DNA from: a virus
IMG/VR virus record: IMGVR_UViG_3300025626_000004
Length of the DNA stretch: 64,000 bases
Reading direction: 5' to 3' (one strand)
Part shown: one piece after another, positions 30,626 through 39,692 of the stretch
Numbering within the stretch: the first letter of the stretch is position 1
Layout: every line of letters starts with the position of its first letter
Notes under the pieces: generated by a model
What the model was told of the DNA's origin: nothing
Seen by the model: the letters and a program-made list of their open reading frames with translations, nothing else
Databases searched by the model: none
Made by a program: the position numbers and the translations under genes

Positions 30626-31555
30626 ATGTCTAATGAATATCTTTGGGTCGAGAAATATCGTCCCACTACAATATCTGAAGTGATTTTACCTAAATCTCTT
30701 AAGGATACTTTCAATGCCATGGTTACTACCGGTGAATTGCCCAATATGCTTTTCACCGGTACTGCCGGTACTGGAAAAACAACGGTAGCTAAAGCTTTAT
30801 GCAAAGAGCTTAGTCTAGATTATATTATGATCAACGGTTCTGAAGAAGGTAATATCGATACTCTTCGTACTAAGATCAAGCAGTTTGCATCAACAGTTTC
30901 TCTGCAAGGTGGCTATAAAGTTGTCATACTCGATGAAGCTGATTATCTTAACCCACAATCAACACAACCAGCATTACGTGGGTTTATTGAAGAGTTTAGT
31001 AATAATTGTCGGTTCATTCTTACATGTAACTTTAAGAATCGTATTATTGAACCGTTACATTCTCGGTGTGGTGTATATGAATTTAATACTACTAAGAAAG
31101 ATATGCCGCGCTTAGCTGCATTCTTTCACGAGCATTTGTTATATGTCCTTAAGGCTGAAGGCATTGAAGCTAACGAGAAAGCCGCAGCGGATCTTGTAAT
31201 GAAGCATGCTCCAGATTGGCGAAGAGTTTTAAATGAAGCCCAACGTCGCAGTATTAATGGAATGACCATTGATGACGTGAGTGCTTCTGTTAGTATTACT
31301 GATTTAGTAACGCATCTAAAGACCAAAGACTTTAAAAAGATGCGTGCATGGGTTGCAAACCATATGGATGTTGATGCTACTTCTATATTCCGTAATGTGT
31401 ATGACTCTATGAATGAGTTGGTTGCACCACATTCTATTCCTCAAGTTGTATTGATACTTGCTGACTATCAGTATAAGAACGCCTTTGTGGCAGACCATGA
31501 ATTAAACGTCGTAGCTTGTATGACAGAAATTATGGCCAACGTAGAATTTAACTAA
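30626..31555 (+). CDS. gp44: clamp loader large subunit gp44
   Basis: WVEKYRP, GTAGTGKTT, DEADYL, PLHSRC. Confidence 0.96.
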   Translation: MSNEYLWVEKYRPTTISEVILPKSLKDTFNAMVTTGELPNMLFTGTAGTGKTTVAKALCKELSLDYIMINGSEEGNIDTLRTKIKQFASTVSLQGGYKVVILDEADYLNPQSTQPALRGFIEEFSNNCRFILTCNFKNRIIEPLHSRCGVYEFNTTKKDMPRLAAFFHEHLLYVLKAEGIEANEKAAADLVMKHAPDWRRVLNEAQRRSINGMTIDDVSASVSITDLVTHLKTKDFKKMRAWVANHMDVDATSIFRNVYDSMNELVAPHSIPQVVLILADYQYKNAFVADHELNVVACMTEIMANVEFN

Positions 31556-31803
31556 TGCTAACATTATTTACAAAAGATAATTGTGTCTATTGTCATTTTC
31601 TTGAAGAGAAGCTTGATGATTGGGGCATAAAATACACTAAGATAAACAATCAACCTTTGCCCGATGGGCACAAAACTTATCCACAATTATATTATAAGCA
31701 TCACGATATTCAACTTGGTGCTAGTACGGACCTCACGCTTGAGCAGATTACAAGTAGAGTTAAAGAAATAGATTGGTTGGGTTCAGATGGCGGAGTCGAG
31801 TAA
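31555..31803 (+). CDS. glutaredoxin-like protein
   Basis: CVYC active site, TYPQ cis-Pro motif. Confidence 0.8.
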   Translation: MLTLFTKDNCVYCHFLEEKLDDWGIKYTKINNQPLPDGHKTYPQLYYKHHDIQLGASTDLTLEQITSRVKEIDWLGSDGGVE

Positions 31804-32536
31804 AAGAAAAGTAGCATATGTTTTTGACGTAGATGGTACACTTATGCCAGCTAGACAAAAACTTGATGAAGATCGTGCTAACATACTATATCAGTTTATG
31901 ATGGGCCATGATGTTTATATTGTGACTGGTTCTGACTATGAAAAAACTGATGAACAACTACACGGTTTACAGAATGATTGCCACGGGAGCTACCAGTGTA
32001 GTGGTAACGAGCTCTGGGTCAAAGGAGAACGTGTCTACTCTAATAATATACTAATATCTGAAGAGATGTTAGACTGGTTTAATTATGTGGTGCATCGTAG
32101 TGATTTTGCTATTAAAACTGGAAACCATGTGGAAATTAGATCAGGCCTAATAAACTTCTCTGTATTAGGTCGCAATGCTAATAACGATCAACGTGCTGAG
32201 TATATCAAGTTTGATAATATGAATTCTGAACGCGAACACATATCTAGATTGTTCAATGATAGGTTTAGTGTGTTTGATTATAAGTCTGCAGTAGCAGGTT
32301 CAACAGGCCTAGATATTACTATGCTAGATAAAGATAAATCCCAGGTGTACAGAAAGCTATCAACAGAGTATAATGAAATTATATTCTTTGGTGATCATTG
32401 TCTCGAAGGCGAAAACGATTATCCATTTGTATGTGCTATGACAGATGCTAGTAGACCTTTGGATAAAGCATGGCACGTTTCTAGCCCTGATCATACATTT
32501 GAACTTATAGAAAGGATTAGTAATGTCACCATTTGA
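31787..32536 (+). CDS. phosphomannomutase-like HAD IIB hydrolase
   Basis: FDVDGTL, VTGSDY, INFSVLGRNA, FFGD..GENDY (eukaryote-type PMM pattern). Confidence 0.8.
   Translation: MAESSKRKVAYVFDVDGTLMPARQKLDEDRANILYQFMMGHDVYIVTGSDYEKTDEQLHGLQNDCHGSYQCSGNELWVKGERVYSNNILISEEMLDWFNYVVHRSDFAIKTGNHVEIRSGLINFSVLGRNANNDQRAEYIKFDNMNSEREHISRLFNDRFSVFDYKSAVAGSTGLDITMLDKDKSQVYRKLSTEYNEIIFFGDHCLEGENDYPFVCAMTDASRPLDKAWHVSSPDHTFELIERISNVTI
32346..32374 (+). promoter_or_regulatory. internal early promoter (TGTACA-N17-TATAAT) for gp62/regA
   Basis: Perfect consensus inside the PMM gene. Confidence 0.55.
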
Positions 32537-32900
32537 TTATTTAAATGCTATTAATGACACTAAGAAAAATATTATAGTCGACGACATTACTGAAAAGAAA
32601 TATAATTCTTTTATGGTAAATCGTGGCTTATCGTATTTTCAAGATACTGTTATTGTTGCTAATGAAATGAATCGTTATCATAACACTGATAATAAACTCC
32701 AATTTGACTTTCTTATAAATATGATTAGGAAACGTAAACGTTTCTCTAAATGGTTAAAACCTCAAATTGAGAGTGATATTGAAGTGATTAAATTATACTA
32801 TGGCTACAGTAATGAAAAAGCCCGCCAAGTATTATCTCTTCTGTCACCGCATCAAATCGATGGGTTAAAGAAGAAGGTTAATACAGGTGGAAGAAAATAA
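32523..32900 (+). CDS. gp62: clamp loader small subunit gp62
   Basis: FMVNRGLS, ANEMN, KRKRFSKW, YYGYSNEKA. Confidence 0.93.
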   Translation: MSPFDYLNAINDTKKNIIVDDITEKKYNSFMVNRGLSYFQDTVIVANEMNRYHNTDNKLQFDFLINMIRKRKRFSKWLKPQIESDIEVIKLYYGYSNEKARQVLSLLSPHQIDGLKKKVNTGGRK

Positions 32901-33297
32901 AATTATAGAGTGGGTTCCAGATCTTATGCTGGAAGTAACACTAAGAGAGCCAGACGATTTTCTAAAGGTTAGAGAGACTCTCACACGTATTGGTGTGGCA
33001 TCTCGTAAAGAAAAAAAGCTATTCCAGTCTTGCCACATATTGCATAAACAAGGTAGGTATTTCATTGTCCATTTTAAGGAGTTATTTCTGTTAGATGGTA
33101 AGAAAGCAAACCTTGAGGAAAATGATATTGGAAGGCGTAACACGATCTCGGTATTAATGTCTGATTGGGGATTAATAGAAATTGTGAATAAAGAGTCGGC
33201 AAAACCTTTAGCTCCTTTACGACAAATTAAAATTATCCCATTCAAAGAAAAAAACCAATGGGAACTATGTCCGAAATATAATATCGGAAATAAATAA
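32887..33297 (+). CDS. regA: translational repressor RegA
   Basis: DFLKVRETLTRIG, QSCHILHKQGRY, VHFKELF, PKYNIG. Confidence 0.97.
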   Translation: MEENKIIEWVPDLMLEVTLREPDDFLKVRETLTRIGVASRKEKKLFQSCHILHKQGRYFIVHFKELFLLDGKKANLEENDIGRRNTISVLMSDWGLIEIVNKESAKPLAPLRQIKIIPFKEKNQWELCPKYNIGNK

Positions 33298-33299
33298 AA

Positions 33300-33336
33300 A
33301 AATAGGAGCTATGCATAAAAAGTATAGCTCCTATTT
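33300..33336. promoter_or_regulatory. 13-bp inverted repeat with a central ATGC-N7-GTAT (T-N11-A) box; terminator or LysR-type operator
   Basis: AAATAGGAGCTAT...ATAGCTCCTATTT. Confidence 0.5.
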
Positions 33337-33359
33337 AGCTAAGTCGTATATATATTATC

Positions 33360-33415
33360 GTAGTGCGGAATATTCCGACTACATTAAATCTTGCTTGCTT
33401 AAGGAGATAAACATG
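33360..33415 (+). ncRNA. ROSE-like RNA thermometer in the Hsp20 5' UTR
   Basis: Hairpin GTAGTGCGGAA-TA-TTCCGACTAC, then ATCTT(G)CTT-GCTT-AAGGAGAT pairing a UUGCU motif with bulged G to the SD. Confidence 0.75.
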
Positions 33416-33898
33416 ACAGGCATTAACGTAAACTCACTATTCCCACGCGCATCCTTTGTTGGATTCGACCATTTGTTTCAAGAGCTAGAATATACGGCTA
33501 AACATTCAAATGACCATTACCCTCCACATAATATTATTAAAACCAGCGATGATGATTATCTCATTGAGTTGGCTATTGCTGGGTTTTCTCAGGATGAAAT
33601 TAATGTGGAAGTTAAGGATCGTACCTTAACTGTGATTGGTGAGCATATATCGAAAGGGAGAGATTTTATCCATCGTGGCATTTCTACAAAGAAATTTAAG
33701 CGAACCTTTCGGCTGTCCGAGCACGTTATCGTGCATGGAGCAGACATTCAGGATGGCATACTTGCGATTGAATTGAAGTATGAACTCCCAGAAGATCAGC
33801 GTCCTCGTAAAATCAATATTGGTCAAACGAGGAATACAAATGACACAAATACTAACGATGCCCAGAACGGGAATCATACAGCTCGCACAACTCTTTAA
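33413..33898 (+). CDS. small heat shock protein Hsp20/IbpA
   Basis: VGFDHLF, YPPHNI, IELAIAGF, HRGIS, DGILAI, RPRKINI. Confidence 0.93.
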   Translation: MTGINVNSLFPRASFVGFDHLFQELEYTAKHSNDHYPPHNIIKTSDDDYLIELAIAGFSQDEINVEVKDRTLTVIGEHISKGRDFIHRGISTKKFKRTFRLSEHVIVHGADIQDGILAIELKYELPEDQRPRKINIGQTRNTNDTNTNDAQNGNHTARTTL

Positions 33899-34124
33899 AT
33901 TCGTAATAAATTTTTTGGGAAGTTTACGTAGTTCATATCTATATTCAATAAAAGTTACAGAAACTATTAAAGAATTGGATAGGCTAAGTAATGCTGAATT
34001 AAAAGATATAGGTATTTGCCGTGGTGATATTTACACCATTGCAAACTCGAAATCTATGTCTGATTATTCAGATAAAATTTCAACGAAGGTAGAGCCAAAC
34101 TCTAACATTAAGGGGTGGGTTTAA
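33840..34124 (+). CDS. DUF1127 (YjiS-like) small protein
   Basis: ELDRLSNAELKDIGICRGDI matches the DUF1127 L..LsD.eL.DIGl.R.dI pattern; GAGG RBS. Confidence 0.8.
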   Translation: MTQILTMPRTGIIQLAQLFKFVINFLGSLRSSYLYSIKVTETIKELDRLSNAELKDIGICRGDIYTIANSKSMSDYSDKISTKVEPNSNIKGWV

Positions 34125-34300
34125 TGACAAGTGCAATAATGTCTTATACCTTCTCGCCATTGTCGGGGTTGTGGTCTTCGCTAGATCGGCATTTCCAAGT
34201 GATTGGTTATACGAGAGCGGCAGCGGAACTCGGAAGATTGGGTTTCCACGAGGAAGCGAAATATTGCAAGACACAAGTCGAGCAATTACGTAGTAAATAA
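34124..34300 (+). CDS. small protein with G-Y-x-R-A-A-A-E-L-x-R-L-G motif (resembles Rhodobacteraceae small proteins)
   Basis: TAATG coupling to the DUF1127 gene. Confidence 0.65.
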   Translation: MTSAIMSYTFSPLSGLWSSLDRHFQVIGYTRAAAELGRLGFHEEAKYCKTQVEQLRSK

Positions 34301-34309
34301 GTTAATACT

Positions 34310-34332
34310 AGAGGGCTGTAATGGCCCTCTTT
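34310..34332 (+). terminator. intrinsic terminator
   Basis: AGAGGGC-TGTAATG-GCCCTCT-TT. Confidence 0.65.
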
Positions 34333-34349
34333 AACTACTTGGAGATATT

Positions 34350-34550
34350 ATGAAAGAACAACTTGTAAAGGCTGCACGCATGCACGCCGAAGGCGAACTA
34401 GAACGTGCCAAAACTAACATTATGGTTTATATGAAAAACAGTGTTGGCATTGGTGAGCATAGCGATATTGTCGAAGCTATCCAAGAAGAACTTGACAAAA
34501 TGGCAATGGCTACCGATAGAATTGAAATGTTAGAAAGACATTTTAGTTAA
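34350..34550 (+). CDS. hypothetical protein (VGIGEHSDIVEAI family of marine T4-likes)
   Basis: GGAG RBS; recognisable motif. Confidence 0.75.
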   Translation: MKEQLVKAARMHAEGELERAKTNIMVYMKNSVGIGEHSDIVEAIQEELDKMAMATDRIEMLERHFS

Positions 34551-34555
34551 ATAAA

Positions 34556-34581
34556 AAAAGAGCGCTCAACGGCGCTCTTTT
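34556..34581. terminator. bidirectional terminator
   Basis: AAAAGAGCGCT-CAAC-GGCGCTCTTTT between convergent genes. Confidence 0.85.
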
Positions 34582-34606
34582 ACTTTATTATAGGTATTCA
34601 ACTTCT

Positions 34607-34828
34607 CTATAAACCTCCTAACATTTTTACGAACTCTGTGCTTTTTTCGGCACTCATGCCGTGTATTGCACCAATATCAATCATATCAATTTTAGCGATA
34701 TGCGGCAAATCTTGTATACCTAGGACAAACCTATTAGCCTCATCCTGATCCATACGAAATGTATTGGATACCATGACACCTCGTTTCATGCCACCCTTCA
34801 TAGTGACTCTTACATTAACATCATTCAT
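34607..34828 (-). CDS. hypothetical early protein
   Basis: ATGA coupling with the upstream ORF. Confidence 0.65.
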   Translation of the reverse strand: MNDVNVRVTMKGGMKRGVMVSNTFRMDQDEANRFVLGIQDLPHIAKIDMIDIGAIHGMSAEKSTEFVKMLGGL

Positions 34829-35064
34829 ATTGAAATATCCAAGCTTCTTGAAACGCCATAGCGCTTATATGTTTCTTTACCAAACTCATCACAAACTTCT
34901 TTGTGTATACGAGTTAACTTACGGGCTGCACTCCAAGCATTATATGCACCGTCATATTTGCATAATACTTTTGGCGCGGTAGGATCCATTCCATAAATAC
35001 GCATCTCTGCGATAGCTTGAGCATCAAACTTTGTAACTTCATAAAGTGAGTAAGTAGTAGCCAT
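34825..35064 (-). CDS. hypothetical early protein
   Basis: GAGGA RBS, directly after an early promoter. Confidence 0.7.
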   Translation of the reverse strand: MATTYSLYEVTKFDAQAIAEMRIYGMDPTAPKVLCKYDGAYNAWSAARKLTRIHKEVCDEFGKETYKRYGVSRSLDISI

Positions 35065-35082
35065 TTAAGTAATCCTCAGTGT

Positions 35083-35127
35083 TTGTTTCTATAATTAGAA
35101 TAATACATTTGAGAAGTCTTGTACACA
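35083..35127 (-). repeat. early-promoter repeat copy 3
   Basis: 45 bp identical to 3583..3627. Confidence 0.9.
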
Positions 35128-35182
35128 CTTATTTTCACTTTTTTAATAATAATATATAATATTTTAATGATGATGGTAAAGC

Positions 35183-35776
35183 ATGCATATAACTGATACA
35201 GAAATACATCAAAAAGAATTTCAAAAAACTCAAATGATGATTACTAAATTGTCCAAATACGACCCTGAACTACATATGGAAGGCGGGGGTAGTTTATGTG
35301 ACTTCCATTATAATGCGCTCACCCACTTGAAATCTGTATGTGAGGACAATAACTATTTTTTTGGAAGTACCCGTATTCCAAGGTTTGATTTTGAGAGGAT
35401 TGATGATAACACGATTTTAAATAAAATAGAATTTCTTTTCGGTAGACAACTTAATACTGTTGACATAGCAAACAACTCGCATATATCAGATCAAATTTGG
35501 AATGATATAGTTATCAATAAAAAGGACAACAAAGTATTACTTACTCATTTAGATGGTCAAACAAAAAGAAGATTTGCGTTTGATGACTTTCAGCCAGACA
35601 ATTTTGTTATCAATCAGGGTAAAAGATTGAGTGCTGATGCAATGCCTTGGACCCTTGCGTACGTAGACCTTGAAGCGTTTCTTCCATGTCCCATATCACG
35701 CAGTAAAAATAACTTTATCAAAATGGGCCTTGGTTTCGAGAACTATACACAACATCTTAAAAATAATAATTCGTAG
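35183..35776 (+). CDS. hypothetical protein, protein-kinase-like (APH/choline kinase) motifs
   Basis: FDDFQPDNF catalytic-loop-like and YVDLE (DFE-like) motifs. Confidence 0.5.
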   Translation: MHITDTEIHQKEFQKTQMMITKLSKYDPELHMEGGGSLCDFHYNALTHLKSVCEDNNYFFGSTRIPRFDFERIDDNTILNKIEFLFGRQLNTVDIANNSHISDQIWNDIVINKKDNKVLLTHLDGQTKRRFAFDDFQPDNFVINQGKRLSADAMPWTLAYVDLEAFLPCPISRSKNNFIKMGLGFENYTQHLKNNNS

Positions 35777-35805
35777 TGTACTTATGACGCACCATATGGT
35801 ATAAT
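35777..35805 (+). promoter_or_regulatory. early promoter (TGTACT-N17-TATAAT) for gp43
   Basis: Consensus in the intergenic region. Confidence 0.8.
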
Positions 35806-35829
35806 GTTTCTAATCATGGAGGAATACAC

Positions 35830-38367
35830 TTGGCGTTTTACACATCTGTCCAACGATATGGCAACCAACTTATGTACTGCGGTTATAATGACAGCGGTGT
35901 ACGTATTGAAAAGAAGATCAAATTTAAACCACAATTATTTTTAAAAAGCCAAAAACCTCAGACTGACTGGATTGCTATGGATGGCACGCGAGTCGAACCA
36001 ATCAACTTTGATGATATGCGCGAGGCTAAAGATTTCTTAGCTAAGTATAAAGATCTGAATGAGTTTAAAATATATGGCAATACCAATTATGCTGCACAAT
36101 ATATTGCTCAACAATTTCCAAATAAAATAGATTTTAAACCTAGTGATGTAAACGTAGTAAACTTTGATATAGAAGTTGCATCCGATCAAGGATTTCCAAA
36201 GCCGGATGAAGCTTTTCATCCTATCATTTCTATAGCACTTAAATCTTCTAAGTCTTCTGTCTATGAAGTGTGGGGTTTAGGTGAATATGATTATAGCAAA
36301 ACGCAACTTGATATGGGAACTGATCTAATTCAGTATCGCAAGTTTGATAGCGAAGCCGCACTACTTGCATCCTTCCACAAATATTGGTGTGAAAACAGAC
36401 CAGATATTTTAACTGGATGGAATATTCGTTACTTTGATATTCCGTATCTTATTAATCGTATTAAACGTGTTGGCACCGAAGCGGCCGCCAATAAGCTTTC
36501 TCCTTGGGGAATATTAAATGCATTTGATACTTCTCGCGGTATGAAAGGATCTCAGGTTCAACACGGCTATGAGATCCTTGGTATCCAACAAGCTGATTAT
36601 CTCGAGTTGTTCAAAAAGTTTGGATATTCATATGGTCCACAAGAATCATATAAGCTAGACCAAATTGCTTATACTGTTCTTAATGAGAAAAAACTATCCT
36701 ATGAAGAGCACGGCAGCTTATTTACTTTGTACGAGAAAGATCATCAGAAGTTTATTGATTATAATATTAAAGATGTTCAGCTTGTTCAGCGTATTGATGA
36801 CAAGATGGGTCTTATTGAATTATGCCAGACTATGGCATACAAAGCAGGTGTAAACATAAGCGATACATTTGGTACCACTGCCATATGGGATGCAATTATA
36901 TATCGTGAGCTAAACAAGAAACGTATTGCTCTGCTTCCTAATGAGACTAAGACAAAGGATCCATATCCAGGTGGTTATGTAAAAGAGCCACATGTTGGCA
37001 TGCATGATTGGGTAGTATCTTTCGATCTTAATTCACTATATCCTAATCTAATTGTACAATATAACATGTCACCCGAGACACTACTAAACGGAGCTTACCG
37101 GCATGGTGTTGATCATTATATGGACAATGATGCCGATACTGCTGGTAAAGATATTGCTATTGCAGCTAACGGATCTTCTTACCGTAAAGATTTTCAAGGC
37201 ATTATTCCTAGTATCATTGAGAGTTATTATGCCGAACGAAAAGAAATCAAAGGAGAGATGCTTGACGTAGAGCGTGCATACCAACTCAATAAAACTGAAG
37301 ACCTTGAGAAGCAAATTAACCAATTAAACAATCGCCAAATGGCAATTAAGATTTTGCTTAACTCTCTATATGGAGCCCTTGGTAACAGATGGTTCCGTTA
37401 TTTTGATATGCGCATGGCAGAAGGTATTACTTTGTCAGGACAGCTGGCAATCAAATGGTCTGAGCGTTGTGTTAATACTGAGATGAATAAGATTATGGGC
37501 ACCGAAAAGGTTGACTATGTTATCGCTATGGATACAGATTCACTTTATGTTAACTTCGGCCCGCTTGTAAAAAAATTCGCACCTAAGGATCCAGTTAAGT
37601 TTCTTGATAAGATATGCGGTGAGCATTTTCAAGACAACCTTAATGTCGCGTACGATAAACTTTCCACACGTATGAATGCATATAAAAATCGTATGGTCAT
37701 GGAACGTGAAGGCATCTCTGACAAAGGCATATGGACAGCAAAGAAAAGATATATTCTTAACGTGCATAATAACGAAGGTGTACAATATGCTGAGCCTAAG
37801 TTAAAGATTATGGGAATTGAAGCAATTAAGTCTTCAACTCCTGAGGTCGTACGTGAAAAGTTTCGTGAGGTATTTAAGATTATTATTCGAGGTGATGAGA
37901 AACTTACACAAGATTTTATTGCGGACTTCTATAACACATTTAGAACCTTATCACCAGAACAAATATCATTTCCTCGTGGAGTAGGGTTTGGTGATAGTAC
38001 TATGGGTAAATGGACTAACAAAGATAAAGGTAGTAAAAAGTCATATAAAGGTGGAACGCCTATTCACATCCGTGGGGCTTTGTTGTATAATGGCCTTATA
38101 GATAAATTAGGACTTGCACAAAAATATACTAAAATCAGTGATGGGGAGAAGGTTAAGTTTTGCTACTTACGAACTCCAAATACAATACATGAGAATGTTA
38201 TTGCCTTTCCTGATTACCTACCAGATGAACTGAATTTACATAAGTATATAAACTATGATATTCAGTTTGAAAAAACCTTTATCGATCCACTAAAATCTGT
38301 GATCGATGCTACAGGCTGGTTTATCAACTATGATAACAGCGGAACACTAGATGAATTTTTCGGATAA
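35830..38367 (+). CDS. gp43: family B DNA polymerase gp43
   Basis: FDIEV, YNIKDV, SFDLNSLYP, KILLNSLYGALGN, DTDS, KKRY, KSSTP. Confidence 0.98.
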   Translation: MAFYTSVQRYGNQLMYCGYNDSGVRIEKKIKFKPQLFLKSQKPQTDWIAMDGTRVEPINFDDMREAKDFLAKYKDLNEFKIYGNTNYAAQYIAQQFPNKIDFKPSDVNVVNFDIEVASDQGFPKPDEAFHPIISIALKSSKSSVYEVWGLGEYDYSKTQLDMGTDLIQYRKFDSEAALLASFHKYWCENRPDILTGWNIRYFDIPYLINRIKRVGTEAAANKLSPWGILNAFDTSRGMKGSQVQHGYEILGIQQADYLELFKKFGYSYGPQESYKLDQIAYTVLNEKKLSYEEHGSLFTLYEKDHQKFIDYNIKDVQLVQRIDDKMGLIELCQTMAYKAGVNISDTFGTTAIWDAIIYRELNKKRIALLPNETKTKDPYPGGYVKEPHVGMHDWVVSFDLNSLYPNLIVQYNMSPETLLNGAYRHGVDHYMDNDADTAGKDIAIAANGSSYRKDFQGIIPSIIESYYAERKEIKGEMLDVERAYQLNKTEDLEKQINQLNNRQMAIKILLNSLYGALGNRWFRYFDMRMAEGITLSGQLAIKWSERCVNTEMNKIMGTEKVDYVIAMDTDSLYVNFGPLVKKFAPKDPVKFLDKICGEHFQDNLNVAYDKLSTRMNAYKNRMVMEREGISDKGIWTAKKRYILNVHNNEGVQYAEPKLKIMGIEAIKSSTPEVVREKFREVFKIIIRGDEKLTQDFIADFYNTFRTLSPEQISFPRGVGFGDSTMGKWTNKDKGSKKSYKGGTPIHIRGALLYNGLIDKLGLAQKYTKISDGEKVKFCYLRTPNTIHENVIAFPDYLPDELNLHKYINYDIQFEKTFIDPLKSVIDATGWFINYDNSGTLDEFFG

Positions 38368-38377
38368 GGAATATATT

Positions 38378-38788
38378 ATGAGCGACTGGGCTAATGACAT
38401 CTACATGATGCACAACAAATTTGGTGTGCACAAGTGGTTTGAAGAAAATAAGCACGATAAAGAGCTTATGAAAAAGTATCTTGATTTTCGCATTGCTATG
38501 TGTCAAGAAGAACTTGATGAAACATTTATTGCGGCCAAGGAAGAAGACCCTGAAGAGATCGTTGATGGTCTTATTGACCTATGTGTTTTTGCAATTGGTA
38601 CATTAGATGTATTAGGTGTTGATGCCAATAAAGCATGGGATAAAGTCTACGAAGCTAATATGACTAAATCGCCAGGAATTAAAGAAGGCCGTCCAAACCC
38701 ATTTGGCCTACCAGATCTATTAAAGCCTGAGGGTTGGAAAGCCCCAACACATGAGGGAAATCATGGCAATATCCCTAACATTATTTAA
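38378..38788 (+). CDS. all-alpha NTP pyrophosphohydrolase (MazG/PRA-PH-like; possible dCTPase)
   Basis: EELDET, EEIVDGLIDL, ANMTK, DLLKPEGW. Confidence 0.75.
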   Translation: MSDWANDIYMMHNKFGVHKWFEENKHDKELMKKYLDFRIAMCQEELDETFIAAKEEDPEEIVDGLIDLCVFAIGTLDVLGVDANKAWDKVYEANMTKSPGIKEGRPNPFGLPDLLKPEGWKAPTHEGNHGNIPNII

Positions 38789-39692
38789 AAGCCAATTTGA
38801 TAACAAAACTCATCGCACAATGGATCTTGATAACTGGCAACAGTTTTCAGGGCTATTATGTGATTTGTCTAAACAACCAAAAGGTAGTAAACGAGATGCT
38901 GAACTTATTTCACCGGCTCATTATAAAGATGGAACTACACGAGCCAACAAGAATGTTTTATCTTGGTCAGGCTGGTGTGCTGTTGACGTTGATGATTGGA
39001 AATTTGAAGGAGAATTAAAAGATGCTTTGGCTCGCGCTATCCCTAACTGGGGTTATATCTGTTATTCAACTGCTAGTTCTACAAAAGATCAACCGAAGTT
39101 TAGACTCGTCTTCAGACTTGATGAAGACATTGAATCTGAAAGAATCAGACAATTTTGGTATGCCCTTAACACCGAACTTGGGGAAATGGGAGATAAGCAA
39201 ACTAAAGACCTTAGTCGAATGTACTACATTCCAGCATTATATGACGGTGCTAACAACTTTTATTTTGATGTGGGTGGTGATTCTATTGACGTGGCATCTC
39301 TTATCGCCAAGCATCCGTATAATGATAGACAGCATTCAAACAATTTCTTAGATAGATTGCCCGAAGAATTACAGAAGCAGGTAATTGAATATCGTAAAAG
39401 TAAGTTAGATAATACGTCTGTAAGTTGGAGTAGTTACCGAAATTGCCCGTTCTGGCCACGTAAGCTAGCTGCAGAATATGTAATCATATCTAATACTGGT
39501 TGGTACTCAAAGATGTATCAGATGATGGTTGCAATATCATCGAGTGCTATTAGACGTCAATATCCAATAACATCAAATGAAATTGCACAGCTATGTCGTG
39601 AATTTGATGCCGAGCACGGCAATTGGTATGAGAATAGGCCTTTAACAGTTGAAGCAGATCGGGCTTTAGAATATGTGTATAGGAATTCATAA
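38763..39692 (+). CDS. archaeo-eukaryotic primase (AEP/PrimPol)-like protein
   Basis: AVDVDD, YSTASS, PKFRLVF, D...KDLSRMYYIP motifs plus helical C-terminus. Confidence 0.7.
   Translation: MAISLTLFKSQFDNKTHRTMDLDNWQQFSGLLCDLSKQPKGSKRDAELISPAHYKDGTTRANKNVLSWSGWCAVDVDDWKFEGELKDALARAIPNWGYICYSTASSTKDQPKFRLVFRLDEDIESERIRQFWYALNTELGEMGDKQTKDLSRMYYIPALYDGANNFYFDVGGDSIDVASLIAKHPYNDRQHSNNFLDRLPEELQKQVIEYRKSKLDNTSVSWSSYRNCPFWPRKLAAEYVIISNTGWYSKMYQMMVAISSSAIRRQYPITSNEIAQLCREFDAEHGNWYENRPLTVEADRALEYVYRNS

Noticed and set aside
3583-35127. 45-bp direct repeats as att sites or CRISPR repeats
   Set aside because: Dispersed, promoter-shaped, present in more than two copies; no integrase, spacers or cas genes
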